Shown here piece by piece: positions 34,073 to 44,348 of a DNA stretch of 64,000 nt (position 1 is its first letter; each line of letters opens with the position of its first letter). A program made the translations under genes and the position numbers. Below the pieces are notes generated by a model. That model saw only the letters and a list, made by a program, of their open reading frames with translations. It ran no database searches and was not told where the DNA came from. Origin of the DNA: Carpediemonas membranifera BICM (lineage: Eukaryota; Protista; Fornicata). The stretch is taken from positions 248,001 to 312,000 of the forward strand of contig JAHDYR010000008.1 in assembly GCA_019828565.1 (NCBI GenBank), in the 5' to 3' direction.

Positions 34073-34370
34073 CCTCTGGTGTCTCAAGGAATGTATTATC
34101 TCGGACAACCCGCTCGAACGACTGGCCCAAGGTCACCCCACAGTCAAATCGAAGGTCGCCTGGAGATGGCAGGATAAGGTGCACATGCGCTACTGTCTGA
34201 GTTGGCAACCTCCCAGACTGAAAATCGGATAGTGCAGGTCCGCCAAGGTGTATCCGAGCAGAAATTTTCTCTTAATGCGTGCATATGGCCTCACGGCTCG
34301 CCTCAGACCCGTATATAGCGCGATAAACTGCGGTTCGACTCGCGATGAGATTTGATGACACGCTCAGTGA

Positions 34371-35930
34371 ATGGACCTCCCATATGCAGACTTGTCGGAG
34401 GATGTTCAGAAAGCAATGAGTAGCATATCGCAAGAGGAGTACATTCGTATTCTGTTACAGTTCCTGAATGACCGTGGGCTTACGCGAAGTGCAGAAACGC
34501 TCGAGCAAGAGTCCCGAGTGGAATATGAGGACGAGAGCATACAGAGGATACGAGTAGCTGTGAAGCAGCAGAACTGGTTTGGTTCGGACGATTCCCTCTT
34601 CTCTCTCCTTCTGCAACAGAACTTCCAGTCCCCCGAGGCCCGCACCAGGGCGCTAACCACCGCATGTCTCCGCCACTATGGCCATCTTATACTCACAGAC
34701 GACCGTGTTTCCGCTCTCGACTTCCTGAAGGCCCGCGTCCTCCCGCTCGCCAAGCCACCGCCAGCAGTAGCCTCAGCCCTGGCATCCCTCGTTCTAGTGG
34801 CCGACGAAGAGAGACTCGGCCGCATGTCCAGGTCGTTGGCCGTGATTGGTGGCGAGACTGAGATCCTGGCAACGCTCTCGGGCTGCCTCACACCGGGGAT
34901 GTTGATAGGGCCTGCCCGGCTAGAAAGAATGGCGGGCCAGGCGCTGCAGCACCAGGTAAGCTCGGACCACGTCCACTTCGGCCCAATCATCAACCATTCG
35001 ATCCTCTCCGACTTCTGCTCGACGAAGAAGGCGCTAATCAGCCCTCAGACGACCGTGTTCCACGCCCAGGGCGAGTGCTACTGTGCGTGTACGAATATAG
35101 AACACACGCTGCTCGTAGTGGGTGACAGCAGCGGGACCCTCACTGTCCTGAGCCCTGCGGCCGACGATCCCGGGCTGAGAGCTGTCAAGCTGTCCCACGC
35201 GGCGGTGCAGGCGGTGTGCCTATCTCACGACCAAGAGCAGGTACTGGCCGGCATGCACGACGGCACAGTGTACGACATTAGTCTCGTCGACCTCTCATTC
35301 CGAGTTGTAACCTCCTTTGCCTCAGACGCGGCCGTGGTCGGGATCCAGCGCTACGACAAGGGCTTCCTGCTCGCCACCGTGGGCGGACTCTACTACATAG
35401 GCAGCACTGGCGGCTACGAGCCCATTCCTGTCACACCCAACCACAACGACAGCTTCGAGTTCGGCGCGCTGGCAACGTGTGACACGGCTGTGCACGCCCT
35501 GGTCTCGGGCCATGTGATGCAGATCGATGTAAGGCTGGGGCAACCGATGGAGGTCATCAAGGCAGCGGAAACTGCAGGGACGACGATGGCGTTGTCGTCA
35601 GGGGGGCAGAGGATCGCTATTGCAGGTCCGCACTGCCCGCTCGTGGTGTATGATAAGAGCTACGGCGTCGTCAGGAGCTTCACAGGCCATTTACATGAGC
35701 GATATGTAATTCACCCGTCATTTATCGAAGTGAACGATCTGCCCATCTACTGCGCCATTGGAGGCGAGGACGGTGTCATCAACATATTCTCGATGACAGT
35801 TGGTGAGTCTATCCAGCGTATCCCGTGCCATGCCGGGTCCTGCAACGGCGTCCTCTCCCTAGAGCGGGTTGGGATGGTAGCGAGCTACGGCGACGACAAG
35901 AAGATCATCCTACACGGCATAAACAGGTGA
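34371..35930 (+). CDS. WDR26: WDR26/GID7-like subunit of the CTLH/GID E3 ligase (LisH-CTLH-WD40)
   Basis: LisH motif EEYIRILLQFLNDRGL..SAETLEQES, IGPARLE.M..QAL.HQ, FTGH..RYVIHPSF and C-terminal WD repeats. Confidence 0.75.
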   Translation: MDLPYADLSEDVQKAMSSISQEEYIRILLQFLNDRGLTRSAETLEQESRVEYEDESIQRIRVAVKQQNWFGSDDSLFSLLLQQNFQSPEARTRALTTACLRHYGHLILTDDRVSALDFLKARVLPLAKPPPAVASALASLVLVADEERLGRMSRSLAVIGGETEILATLSGCLTPGMLIGPARLERMAGQALQHQVSSDHVHFGPIINHSILSDFCSTKKALISPQTTVFHAQGECYCACTNIEHTLLVVGDSSGTLTVLSPAADDPGLRAVKLSHAAVQAVCLSHDQEQVLAGMHDGTVYDISLVDLSFRVVTSFASDAAVVGIQRYDKGFLLATVGGLYYIGSTGGYEPIPVTPNHNDSFEFGALATCDTAVHALVSGHVMQIDVRLGQPMEVIKAAETAGTTMALSSGGQRIAIAGPHCPLVVYDKSYGVVRSFTGHLHERYVIHPSFIEVNDLPIYCAIGGEDGVINIFSMTVGESIQRIPCHAGSCNGVLSLERVGMVASYGDDKKIILHGINR

Positions 35931-36005
35931 TGTGGCATTATTGAGGCTGATCTGGTGTGATTTATGAACATTTACAGTGTTACTTTATGAATTTACTCGA
36001 TTTAT

Positions 36006-36389
36006 ATGAGCTACATGAGGCATGTATATGCTGCAGATAACGAACAAAAGAGAAAGAAAAAGCTCTCGCCTCTGCAAATGCAGAGGAACGCAGAAACGCT
36101 GGAGAAGCTGCAGAAGCTGCTCAGTGACGATCTTTTTGTGATGGAACGCATTCAAAAGGCCCGAGACAATGTATTCCAGGCCGAACAGCATATTGCTGCA
36201 TGTGTGGCGCAACTGAGGCAACTAAAAGCAGAAAAAGCGCAGCTCCAAGATCAATTTAAGCGTCTAACGGAGGAGAAGACTGCGCTGACGAGAGTCTGCG
36301 AGTCCCAGCGCCAGGCCATCGGGCTCACCTCCGTTGTCGTCATCCTGGTAACACTCCTGGGGATATTCGTCGCCTACACCCTCCAGTGA
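36006..36389 (+). CDS. Small coiled-coil, tail-anchored membrane protein
   Basis: Heptad-rich body and a C-terminal hydrophobic helix (VVVILVTLLGIFVAY). Confidence 0.65.
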   Translation: MSYMRHVYAADNEQKRKKKLSPLQMQRNAETLEKLQKLLSDDLFVMERIQKARDNVFQAEQHIAACVAQLRQLKAEKAQLQDQFKRLTEEKTALTRVCESQRQAIGLTSVVVILVTLLGIFVAYTLQ

Positions 36390-36443
36390 CTACCTGACCA
36401 CCAGCAACACCGTCTAGTTTATACATACACCGTAACAGCGAAC

Positions 36444-38342
36444 CTAGGGGTCTGCCCTCAGTAAATCACCGAGCCTCCCCCCGCCCCTCATGTGCTTGTC
36501 CGCCTCCGCCGCGAACAGCGAGGCCCCCGACCGGTGTGTCCGGGACAGGCTGTACACATGCCCCTGGACCCTCAGCACCATGGTCCCGTACGCCGGCTCG
36601 GAGGGACACTCAGTCCGCACAAGCCGCTCGAGCTGGAGGGCGGTGGGACGGGAGATGCGGAGCATGATACGGAGATGCTCAACGGTGGCGTTCTGCTTGT
36701 CACTGTCCACAGTAGTGCCCCCTGACTGCGACACTTGGGGCGACTGCGGCGTCTGGGTCAGGCCCTGGCTAAACCTGCTCACTGTAGGGGCTGGCGCGGT
36801 CTCCTCTTCTATGGGCTCCTGGGCGATACTGAACCCCTCCCCCTCCTGCACGGCATCCTCCTCCACGGTGTCTTCCACCGCTGCATGCCTCCTCTCTGCC
36901 TTCAACTTCTCCCGCTTCTCCGCCTTGATCCGGGCCCACAGCTCCGTCGCGTTCATGGGCCCTGCCCGCGGCTTGACCACTGCCCGGCGACCCTGAGCGC
37001 CCGTGCCCTTCTTGGTCCGGTTGTGTCCAGCCTCGTTGGCGTTCCCCCCTTGTGCCACGATGCCGGACGCCACTTCTGTGGGGTCTGAGCAAACGTCGCA
37101 GCATGTGGGGTTGGCCCCCCTTCCGTCGTCACCAAAGAACGAGAGCAGGGCCCGTCTGCGACAGCTGTTCCTCATAAACACGTCCATGACCTCCCTGAAG
37201 CCCTGGGCCTTCCCCTCTCGACCCGCCATGCCCTCAACCAGCCGCACCAGGGACGTAGACACGTATACGACCGACAGTGCAGGCTTACCGTCCCGGCCAG
37301 CCCGGCCGCTCTCCTGGTAGAACCCGGCGACGCTCTTACTCGGTCCCCAGTGGACCACGACCCTGACGTCCGGCTTATCGATCCCCATGCCGAAAGCTAT
37401 GGTCCCCACGATGACGCGAGTCGACCCCAGCACCCAGTTGTCCATGTTGCCCCGCCTGTCATCATCCGGCATGCCCGCGTGGTACGGCTCTGCGGTGACC
37501 CCGTGGCTGCTAAGGTGACGACACATCGCATGGCACTCGTCGCGGGTGATGCAGTAAATGATGGCAGGTCCTGGGTTCGTGGTGAGAACCTCGATAAGGT
37601 CATCGAAGCAGGAGGTCTCCAGCTCGTTCAGACGACGCTCGTAGCGGACCTCGTAGCGAATGTTGGGCCGGTCGAAGCTCGTGACGAAGCGGCGGGCGGC
37701 AGTGATGTTCAATGACTTGCAGATGTCGTCCATCACAGGCTTGGTCGCCGTAGCAGTGAGTGCTACCATGGGCACGCGGTCAAAGCGCCGCTTCACCTTC
37801 CCTAGCTGGTTGTATGCCTTGCGGAAGTCATGGCCCCACTGAGAGATGCAGTGGGCCTCATCTATCGCGAACAGGGCCAGCTGTCTCCGGGCGTTGAGTC
37901 TGTCGAGCTTGTCGAGGATCATATGGCTGCGGAGACTCTCGGGAGTGATGTAGAGGAACTCGAGAGAGATAGGGTCAGACTCAAGGGCTTCTAGGGTAAT
38001 GCTGCGGTCCCCTGCACTCTCGGATGAGGAGTAGGGGCGGGCACTGCGGCCCATGCCGGTAAGGAGGTCCACTTGGTTGTTGATGAGAGAAACAAGGGGC
38101 GAGACGACAACACACAGTCCCTTGCGGAGAATGGCGGGGAGCTGGAAGCAAAGGGACTTACCGCCACCTGTTGGCATGATGACTAGGGCGTCGCTGCCGT
38201 TGGCGATGTGTTTGACGATGCTTTGTTGCTCTCCGCGGAAAGTGGAGAGGCCGAACTTCTCTTCAAGAGCGGTTTGTATCTCTTCATCTGTGAAGCCAGC
38301 AATAGCTTTTGGAAGTGGCGCCTTGAAGGACAGCGGCTGCAT
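36444..38342 (-). CDS. RECQ: RecQ-family DNA helicase
   Basis: MPTGGGKSLCFQLP, DEAHCISQWGHDFR, AFGMGIDKPDVR, YQESGRAGRDG and the RQC Zn site (CRR..CCDVC). Confidence 0.95.
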   Translation of the reverse strand: MQPLSFKAPLPKAIAGFTDEEIQTALEEKFGLSTFRGEQQSIVKHIANGSDALVIMPTGGGKSLCFQLPAILRKGLCVVVSPLVSLINNQVDLLTGMGRSARPYSSSESAGDRSITLEALESDPISLEFLYITPESLRSHMILDKLDRLNARRQLALFAIDEAHCISQWGHDFRKAYNQLGKVKRRFDRVPMVALTATATKPVMDDICKSLNITAARRFVTSFDRPNIRYEVRYERRLNELETSCFDDLIEVLTTNPGPAIIYCITRDECHAMCRHLSSHGVTAEPYHAGMPDDDRRGNMDNWVLGSTRVIVGTIAFGMGIDKPDVRVVVHWGPSKSVAGFYQESGRAGRDGKPALSVVYVSTSLVRLVEGMAGREGKAQGFREVMDVFMRNSCRRRALLSFFGDDGRGANPTCCDVCSDPTEVASGIVAQGGNANEAGHNRTKKGTGAQGRRAVVKPRAGPMNATELWARIKAEKREKLKAERRHAAVEDTVEEDAVQEGEGFSIAQEPIEEETAPAPTVSRFSQGLTQTPQSPQVSQSGGTTVDSDKQNATVEHLRIMLRISRPTALQLERLVRTECPSEPAYGTMVLRVQGHVYSLSRTHRSGASLFAAEADKHMRGGGRLGDLLRADP

Positions 38343-38551
38343 GGTCACCTCCGCTCCGGCCAACTGTGGGATAAAGTTGCCAACCATAAACACGTAAATC
38401 CCGTCAACTCTGGGTGTCTGTCGCCTAACAGGTGTCTAGGCTGACCCTTAGTCGCGTTTAATATACTCTCAAACGCGGCTTTCGGGTGTTGAGTTTGCTC
38501 GCTACAGAATTTCGCTGGGAGCAGAAGTCGTCTTTCAACCTTCTACAGCAC

Positions 38552-40375
38552 ATGATGTCAACGAATTCAGACATAGTTAGGCTATTCAGACAGACATACG
38601 TCCGCAGAAGTATCTCACAGCATGCCAAGCCGCTTTCTGGATTCATATCATTCCTACGCGATCTAGAAGAGACCAACCGCCCTCTCACCACGCTAGACCT
38701 ATCCATATATGAAACCGTAGTTGGGCTAGACGGCCTTCTCCCCATCACTGAGGCTATTAAGTCAATCTCCACACTCGAGCGGGTCATCCTCACCGACTCA
38801 CACTGCACCGACACCGGCCTCAAGGCCATACTCGCCGCACTCACTGAGTCTGCGTGCCCTGTGCAGGTTCTCGTCATCGACGGGTGCAAGCTTACTGACA
38901 GAGCCGGACCTGCTCTTGCTCGGTTCGTCCAGCGGACGCCCACACTCCTACTGCTCTCAGCATGCCACAACAAGCTCGGTAAGGCAGTCCTACCACTACT
39001 CCAGAGTATGCTGGCCGTCCAGTCGATCGAGGTCCTCCGGCTGTCGTCGAGCGGGCTGACTAGCGACGTCTGGCCGGCCCTAGGTCATATGCTGCCTCAC
39101 TGCGATAACTTGCTCGAGCTGGACATCAGTAGCAATGAGATCGGAGTGCCTGCGAGTGAGTGGCGGGAATTTGGGTCGTTTGGCCAGGCACTGGGTGAAA
39201 ATGCGTCGCTCCATACCCTCAACATCGCTGGAAACAATCTCCCGCAGAAGGCAGCAAATATTCTGGTCGACGGACTGCAGCATAACCACACACTGTGGCA
39301 ACTGGACACTGGATACAACAGGTTTTCGAGTCAGGCTGTCAATGCCATTGAAACGATGTGTCGGAACAACCGGACCGGGGCCGACCCCGATGCCGTCCAG
39401 ACCTCGCCCGAGGACACGAAGCTCTCGCCCGGGGACTTGTCCGTCGATCCTCAGACTCGGGAGTCGGAGACGCCAAGACAGACTCCAAGTCAGAGTCAGA
39501 GTCAGAGCTCCAAGCCATCTAGCCGTGCCCAGTCGCAGTTTATAGCCCGCATGGAGAGCTACCGGGGTGTGGTTTCCAAGGCGGACAAGTACCTATCATC
39601 GCAGACGCCCTCCCACAGCGGGGCTCTCCCCGCCTTGATGAACCAAGCTGCGAGGGAGATCATGCATTTATACGAGCTGCTGAGAGTGCAGGACACGTTC
39701 CTGGCCGAGAGTGCGGCCGACACCCGGGTGGTCCGGACCGAGCTCACCCGACTTGAGGATGCCGTGGAGGCAAGAGACACGACGATCGCCCAGCTCCGAC
39801 AGGACCTGCAGGAGTCCCGGCGGCTGTTGGGACAGAGGACGGGTGAGCTTGAGGACCATAGAGCTCGGGTCGACCGACTCTCTGTGGAGCTGGAGGCCGC
39901 CGACCGGGGGAAGGAGCAGCTCAGCCAGGCCCTGTTGAGGCAGCAGTCGGAGCAGGACGACGTCAGCGCAGGCAACGCCATGCTTCTCGAGAAGATCGCG
40001 AGACTCGAACAGACGGTGAAAGCAGCCGAGGAAGAGGGTGCGAGGAACTCCGCCATCTGGGCCAAGGAGAAGGCCTCGCTCCTGGCCGCAAAGGACTCGA
40101 TGACTGTGAGCAACCGCAGTCTCGTGGCCCAGCTGACAAACGCCCACAACGTCATCGCCATCCGGGACAGGACAGTTAGTGTTCTAGAGTCTCGACTCCA
40201 GTCAGTCGACCGGGACCTGACCATGAAGGACGCCGCCCTCAACGCCACGGCGACTCGGCTGCAGTCGGCTGAGTCGGAGCTGGCCATGGCGACGTCGCCG
40301 CAGACACCGATCCGAGCGGTGATTACGCCAATCGGAGGACGAGGGCAGCCCCTGGACTTGGACCTCGAGGACTGA
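38552..40375 (+). CDS. RI-like leucine-rich-repeat protein with a C-terminal coiled coil
   Basis: About 28-aa LRRs (LLELDISSNEIG, LHTLNIAGNNL, LWQLDTGYNRF) followed by a long coiled coil. Confidence 0.85.
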   Translation: MMSTNSDIVRLFRQTYVRRSISQHAKPLSGFISFLRDLEETNRPLTTLDLSIYETVVGLDGLLPITEAIKSISTLERVILTDSHCTDTGLKAILAALTESACPVQVLVIDGCKLTDRAGPALARFVQRTPTLLLLSACHNKLGKAVLPLLQSMLAVQSIEVLRLSSSGLTSDVWPALGHMLPHCDNLLELDISSNEIGVPASEWREFGSFGQALGENASLHTLNIAGNNLPQKAANILVDGLQHNHTLWQLDTGYNRFSSQAVNAIETMCRNNRTGADPDAVQTSPEDTKLSPGDLSVDPQTRESETPRQTPSQSQSQSSKPSSRAQSQFIARMESYRGVVSKADKYLSSQTPSHSGALPALMNQAAREIMHLYELLRVQDTFLAESAADTRVVRTELTRLEDAVEARDTTIAQLRQDLQESRRLLGQRTGELEDHRARVDRLSVELEAADRGKEQLSQALLRQQSEQDDVSAGNAMLLEKIARLEQTVKAAEEEGARNSAIWAKEKASLLAAKDSMTVSNRSLVAQLTNAHNVIAIRDRTVSVLESRLQSVDRDLTMKDAALNATATRLQSAESELAMATSPQTPIRAVITPIGGRGQPLDLDLED

Positions 40376-40789
40376 TTTATGTACGATAGATAAATACTGC
40401 TAGGGCGGTGTGAGTTTCTTTGAGACGACTCGGCAAGCAGACCTGGAATTGGGCCTGCCTGCCGGTTTAATTTATCCGTGTCAAAGTAAACGTTTTCTGC
40501 TGCAGGCTCGGCCATGTCACTCCGTCCCCCGCCTAACAGCGGCTGGTTGAGTCAGGTATCGTGGGTTGTTGAAGCGCATAAACCGGTGACTGGCCTGTCT
40601 GGCCTCGGCAAACCATCGGATGAGGTAAGGTAAGGTAACCCGCGCATTCCAGCGTTAGAGAATTGCTTTCGCTATGGCGGTGAGCGCCTATCTCTCTATG
40701 AAGAATGTGGTCTCGTTGAGGTTCGCCAGTTCCGCCCCGAGCTCGGCCAGCTCCTTCGCTCACGGTTTCTCACTGTTGCGCAGTTTTTT

Positions 40790-40920
40790 CGAACCTCCAA
40801 GACAGGGCCTGAAAGGAACGATCAAAGTGCCAAACTGCACAACATCATCCGTCCGTAGACGAATGTTGGCGGTTAGCCAATTGATGATACTGGAATGATG
40901 TTTGAAGACGTGGGATCAAT
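40790..40920 (-). ncRNA. Candidate Fanzor omega-RNA scaffold
   Basis: It overlaps the Fanzor stop codon. Minus-strand hairpins: UUGGC-uaacc-GCCAA, CAUUCGUC-UACG-GACGGAUG (cUACGg tetraloop) and GUGC-aguuug-GCAC, with an alternative stem AACAUCAuUCC/GGAUGAUGUU. Boundaries are approximate. Confidence 0.5.
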
Positions 40921-42588
40921 GTGCGACTGAACGGAGAGCCACTGAGCTCATCTTCCGTGGCAAGAGAACGCCACAGGATGTTCTCTGCAGCACTCTTGTC
41001 CCGATGATCAACATTCAGAGCATCAGGAACTGTTGCGCGCCACTGAGCACCACGGCACTGTGGATATTCGCAGAGCATCACACGATGTGGGTGAACGTGC
41101 TGGTCATCACGCGGACGAACTCGCTTGTAGGGGGCGTGGCAGTGAGGGCAGACGACGGTGGTGCGGTCCTCGTTAACCATGTTAAGATTGACGACAATGT
41201 TATACCCCTTGAGAAGGGGAACTATCTCTCTCGCGAACTTTCGATATGGCGCGCAAGGAATGAACATACCAGCAGGCGTGGTGAATCCCGAGCTCCCGTA
41301 GAAGACTTTCAGGCGAATGTGGGTGGCGATGGGATGGTGGCGACCGAACTCCCGAGCCAACTGTTGGCCGCAGCGGGCGAAGTGCTTCTGGCGAAGGATG
41401 TGGTTCGCAAAGCGCACCCTGCGGAAATACTTACGCATTCCAGCCTCGAAAATGTCGTTCGCGTTGTCCAGCACAAACAAAGTTGTTGATACTCACTAGT
41501 CTTGTGCTCTTGAACGACGCGGCCGTCATATCAAAGCCGAAACTTGGCGTCTTAGTGTATCCGCACTTTGGAAGGACGCCGGAGCTGGTGGTGCCATCGG
41601 GGTGCCTGATGTAATATCCTCCGATGGACCTCGCGCCCGGGTCGAACCCCATGAGGTGGGAATCAGGATCCGGCGCGGGCGGAGCCTCGGCATTATTGGT
41701 CCCGAGTCGGGGGCGCTCTTTCTCCCGCCCTTTCGCTCGTTTTCACTTTTCACGTTTAACAGGCATGCTCGCATCATGTTGTGGCCGATATTGGCCGAAG
41801 CCTCTCTTAATAGTCACCGCCACACAGACCCCATCGGTGCTCAGGCTGAGCAGACGGCCCACTGACCTGGGGTTGTTCTGGTATTGTTCCTCCTGCTCTT
41901 CTGTCAACGGCGTGTGGGAGTGTGGGATTAATTCCCACACGATGACAGAAGTTCTCGTTCAGTAGGCCCATCGTTTCACCGTAGGCCATGAAGCCCGGTC
42001 GGACGGGGGCCATTGGCACGATCGGCACGAGGCGAGGCTGGCGGAGCGACATCGAGTACTCCCCGTTGAAGTGGCTGACGAGGCCACTCAACGTCTCCAC
42101 TCCGTCAGCAATTGCCCAGACGCAAGAGAGAATGCGTGGGGCAGCCTGGGAGATGGGAGCCCGTCGTTCTCACCCATATGAGCCGCCCAGAACAGCGAGG
42201 GGAGACACGCGAGGATCTCAGGGTTGACCCTGCCGAGGATGGCGTGAACGCCGGCCAACTCCTGCTGGAAGAAGGCCGGAGAGCCAACACCTGCGAGAGC
42301 CTCTTCGAGTCGGGCGAGGGTGCCCTGTAGCCTGTCACGGTACGTCGTCACCGTGCGGGCGAGCCACAGCTTCACAGAGTTGTCGTATCGGGTGAACCAC
42401 GCCCGGAGACTGGGACTCACTCTATACGACTCCAAACGACCTTCGAGCTGCGCGACCAGAGCCCGCGTGGTAGGCTCCCGCCACATCGGCGTTAAACTGC
42501 AACTCTATAGTCTGGCTATAGCCAGATGGTCGTGTCCGTGTGAGCATCCAGTGGTCCCTAATATGACCCGAGTGATGCGTCTGGCTGG
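40845..42588 (-). pseudogene. Fanzor1-type (eukaryotic TnpB-like) RNA-guided RuvC nuclease, decayed and 5'-truncated
   Basis: Collinear motifs across four frames: PIVPMAPVRPGF, LSTDGVCVAV, RuvC-I MGFDPG, FRRVRF..HILRQK, VFYGS.GF..CAP, RuvC-II VNEDRTT, CPHC..CEYPQC Zn finger, RuvC-III HRDKSAAENI and terminal PFSR. In-frame stops lie at 42505-42507 and 41743-41745, with about three frameshifts. Confidence 0.88.
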
Positions 42589-42809
42589 CCGTCTTCCTCC
42601 TCCTCTAATTATCTTAAACACCCTGTTCTAGTTTACCTGGGTTGCACCGCTGCCGCCCCGTCCGCGCGCTCAGAGCTGCCTGCCACGGTGTGCCGCGAGG
42701 TCCGGCGGGCGCGGGGGCGAGCGCTGCCTGGCGCGGCGGTCTGTTTTGGTCATGATGGTCATAGAATGCGCGCGCTATTTTGGGTGCCAGTTGAAACATC
42801 ATTTGAAAC

Positions 42810-43343
42810 ATGAACAAGCTTCTCTTCTTCGCTCTCATCGCTGTTGTCCTCGCGACAAACCAGTTCGTCTTCCCCGCCGACGGCGACAAGATGGTCATCG
42901 GCCGTGAAAAACAACCTCACCTGGACTGATGGCCACTTTAACCTCACCGATACGCTGCAGCTGACCTTCGAGTTCAACTCGGAGTTCATCCAGGACCTCC
43001 TCAAGGACACCGACATGACTTCTGCTCAGCGCACGCCCGATACCTGCATCCCCATGCCCGAGATCAACTCGATCCCCGTGGACCTCCGCATCCCCCGTCG
43101 AGACCATCCAGGACCTCGTTGACTCCCTCAACCTCCCCATCGAGATCGACGTCGAGTCCATCGTCAACAACGTGCTCCAGAACGTCGACCAGATCTCCGA
43201 GTCCGATCGCAACGTCACCATCTCCCCTCTACCAGTGCGGCGCCGAGGAGCCCGACTTCCAGTCCTGGGTCATCATCGACTCCGCCAAGAGCGTCTTCGT
43301 CGGCGCCCTCGCTGTGCTCCTCTCCGTCTTCCTCCTCCTCTAA
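42810..43343 (+). pseudogene. Array copy 1, type A (MNKLL..), with homopolymer frameshifts
   Basis: Extra bases in A and C runs relative to intact copies; may be a sequencing error. Confidence 0.7.
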
Positions 43344-43616
43344 GGGCGGGTCTCTCTCTGTAAATAGCCACGGCTCTTCCTTCTTTACGTTCCCCGGGTC
43401 CGCCGCTCGTCCAGTGGCGCTGCGCTGCCGAGGCCATCGTCTGCTCGCGCCGCATTGCTCCACTGCCCACCGCCCTGATCCCGGCAGCGCCGCCAGGAGC
43501 CGCCAAAGGTAACCCACCGGCCCCGCGCCCGTCCGCCAGCGCGGTGGCTATTTTGGTCAGCCGCGGCAGGATATTTTGGGCAGTCGCCAGAGTCACAAAC
43601 GTTTCAACACTCAATC

Positions 43617-44139
43617 ATGAACTACATTCTCCTTATTGCTCTCTTCGCGGCCGTATTTGCGACCAACGAGTTCGTATTCCCAAGAAACGGCGATCTGATG
43701 ATGGAAGAACAACCTCACCTGGACTGAAGGCCACTTCAACCTCACCGATACGCTCCAGATGACCTTCGAATTCAACTCCGAGGTGCTCCAGGACCTCCTC
43801 AAGGACACCGACATGACCGCAGCGCAGCGCACGCCCGATACCTGCATCCCGCTGCCGTCGATCAACTCGATCCCCGTCGACCTGACGATCCCAGTCGGCC
43901 ACATCCAGGAGTTCATCGACTCCCTCAACCTCCCCATCGAGATCGACGTCGAGTCCATCGTCAACAACGTGCTCCAGAACGTCGACCAGATCTCCGAGTC
44001 CGATCGCAACGTCACCATCTCCCTCTACCAGTGCAGCGCCGAGGAGCCCGACTTCCAGTCCTGGGTCATCATCGACTCCGCCAAGAGCGTCTTCGTCGGC
44101 GCCCTCGCTGTGCTCCTCTCCGTCTTCCTCCTCCTCTAA
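43617..44139 (+). pseudogene. Array copy 2, type B (MNYIL..), with a short frameshifting deletion
   Basis: gatgatggaagaac versus gatgatcgtcggccggaagaac in intact copies. Confidence 0.7.
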
Positions 44140-44348
44140 GTCTATCTTAAACACCCTGTTCTAGTTTACCTGGGTTGCACCGCTGCCGCCCCGTCCGCGC
44201 GCTCAGAGCTGCCTGCCACGGTGTGCCGCGAGGTCCCGGCAGGGCGCGAGGGGCGCAGCGCTGCCTGGCGCGGCGGTCTGTTTTCGGTCATGATGGTCAT
44301 AGAATGCGCGCGCTATTTTTGGGTGCCAGTTGAAACATCATTTGAAAC

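Noticed and set aside
39559-40515. 318-aa minus-strand ORF starting MAEPAAENVY
   Set aside because: Most of it is antisense to the LRR gene's coiled coil; the ~45 unique codons have no recognisable motif.
40516-40790. U1/U3/U4-like RNA next to the Fanzor (CTTACCT repeats, T6 run)
   Set aside because: I found no U1-70K loop, Sm site or complete box motifs. The GTAAG triple repeat may be a simple microsatellite.
41445-41478. 34-nt GTTTGT..GAG intron that would repair one Fanzor frameshift
   Set aside because: It lacks the THAC branch motif, ends in GAG, would delete part of a helical region, and leaves the other stops and frameshifts unrepaired.
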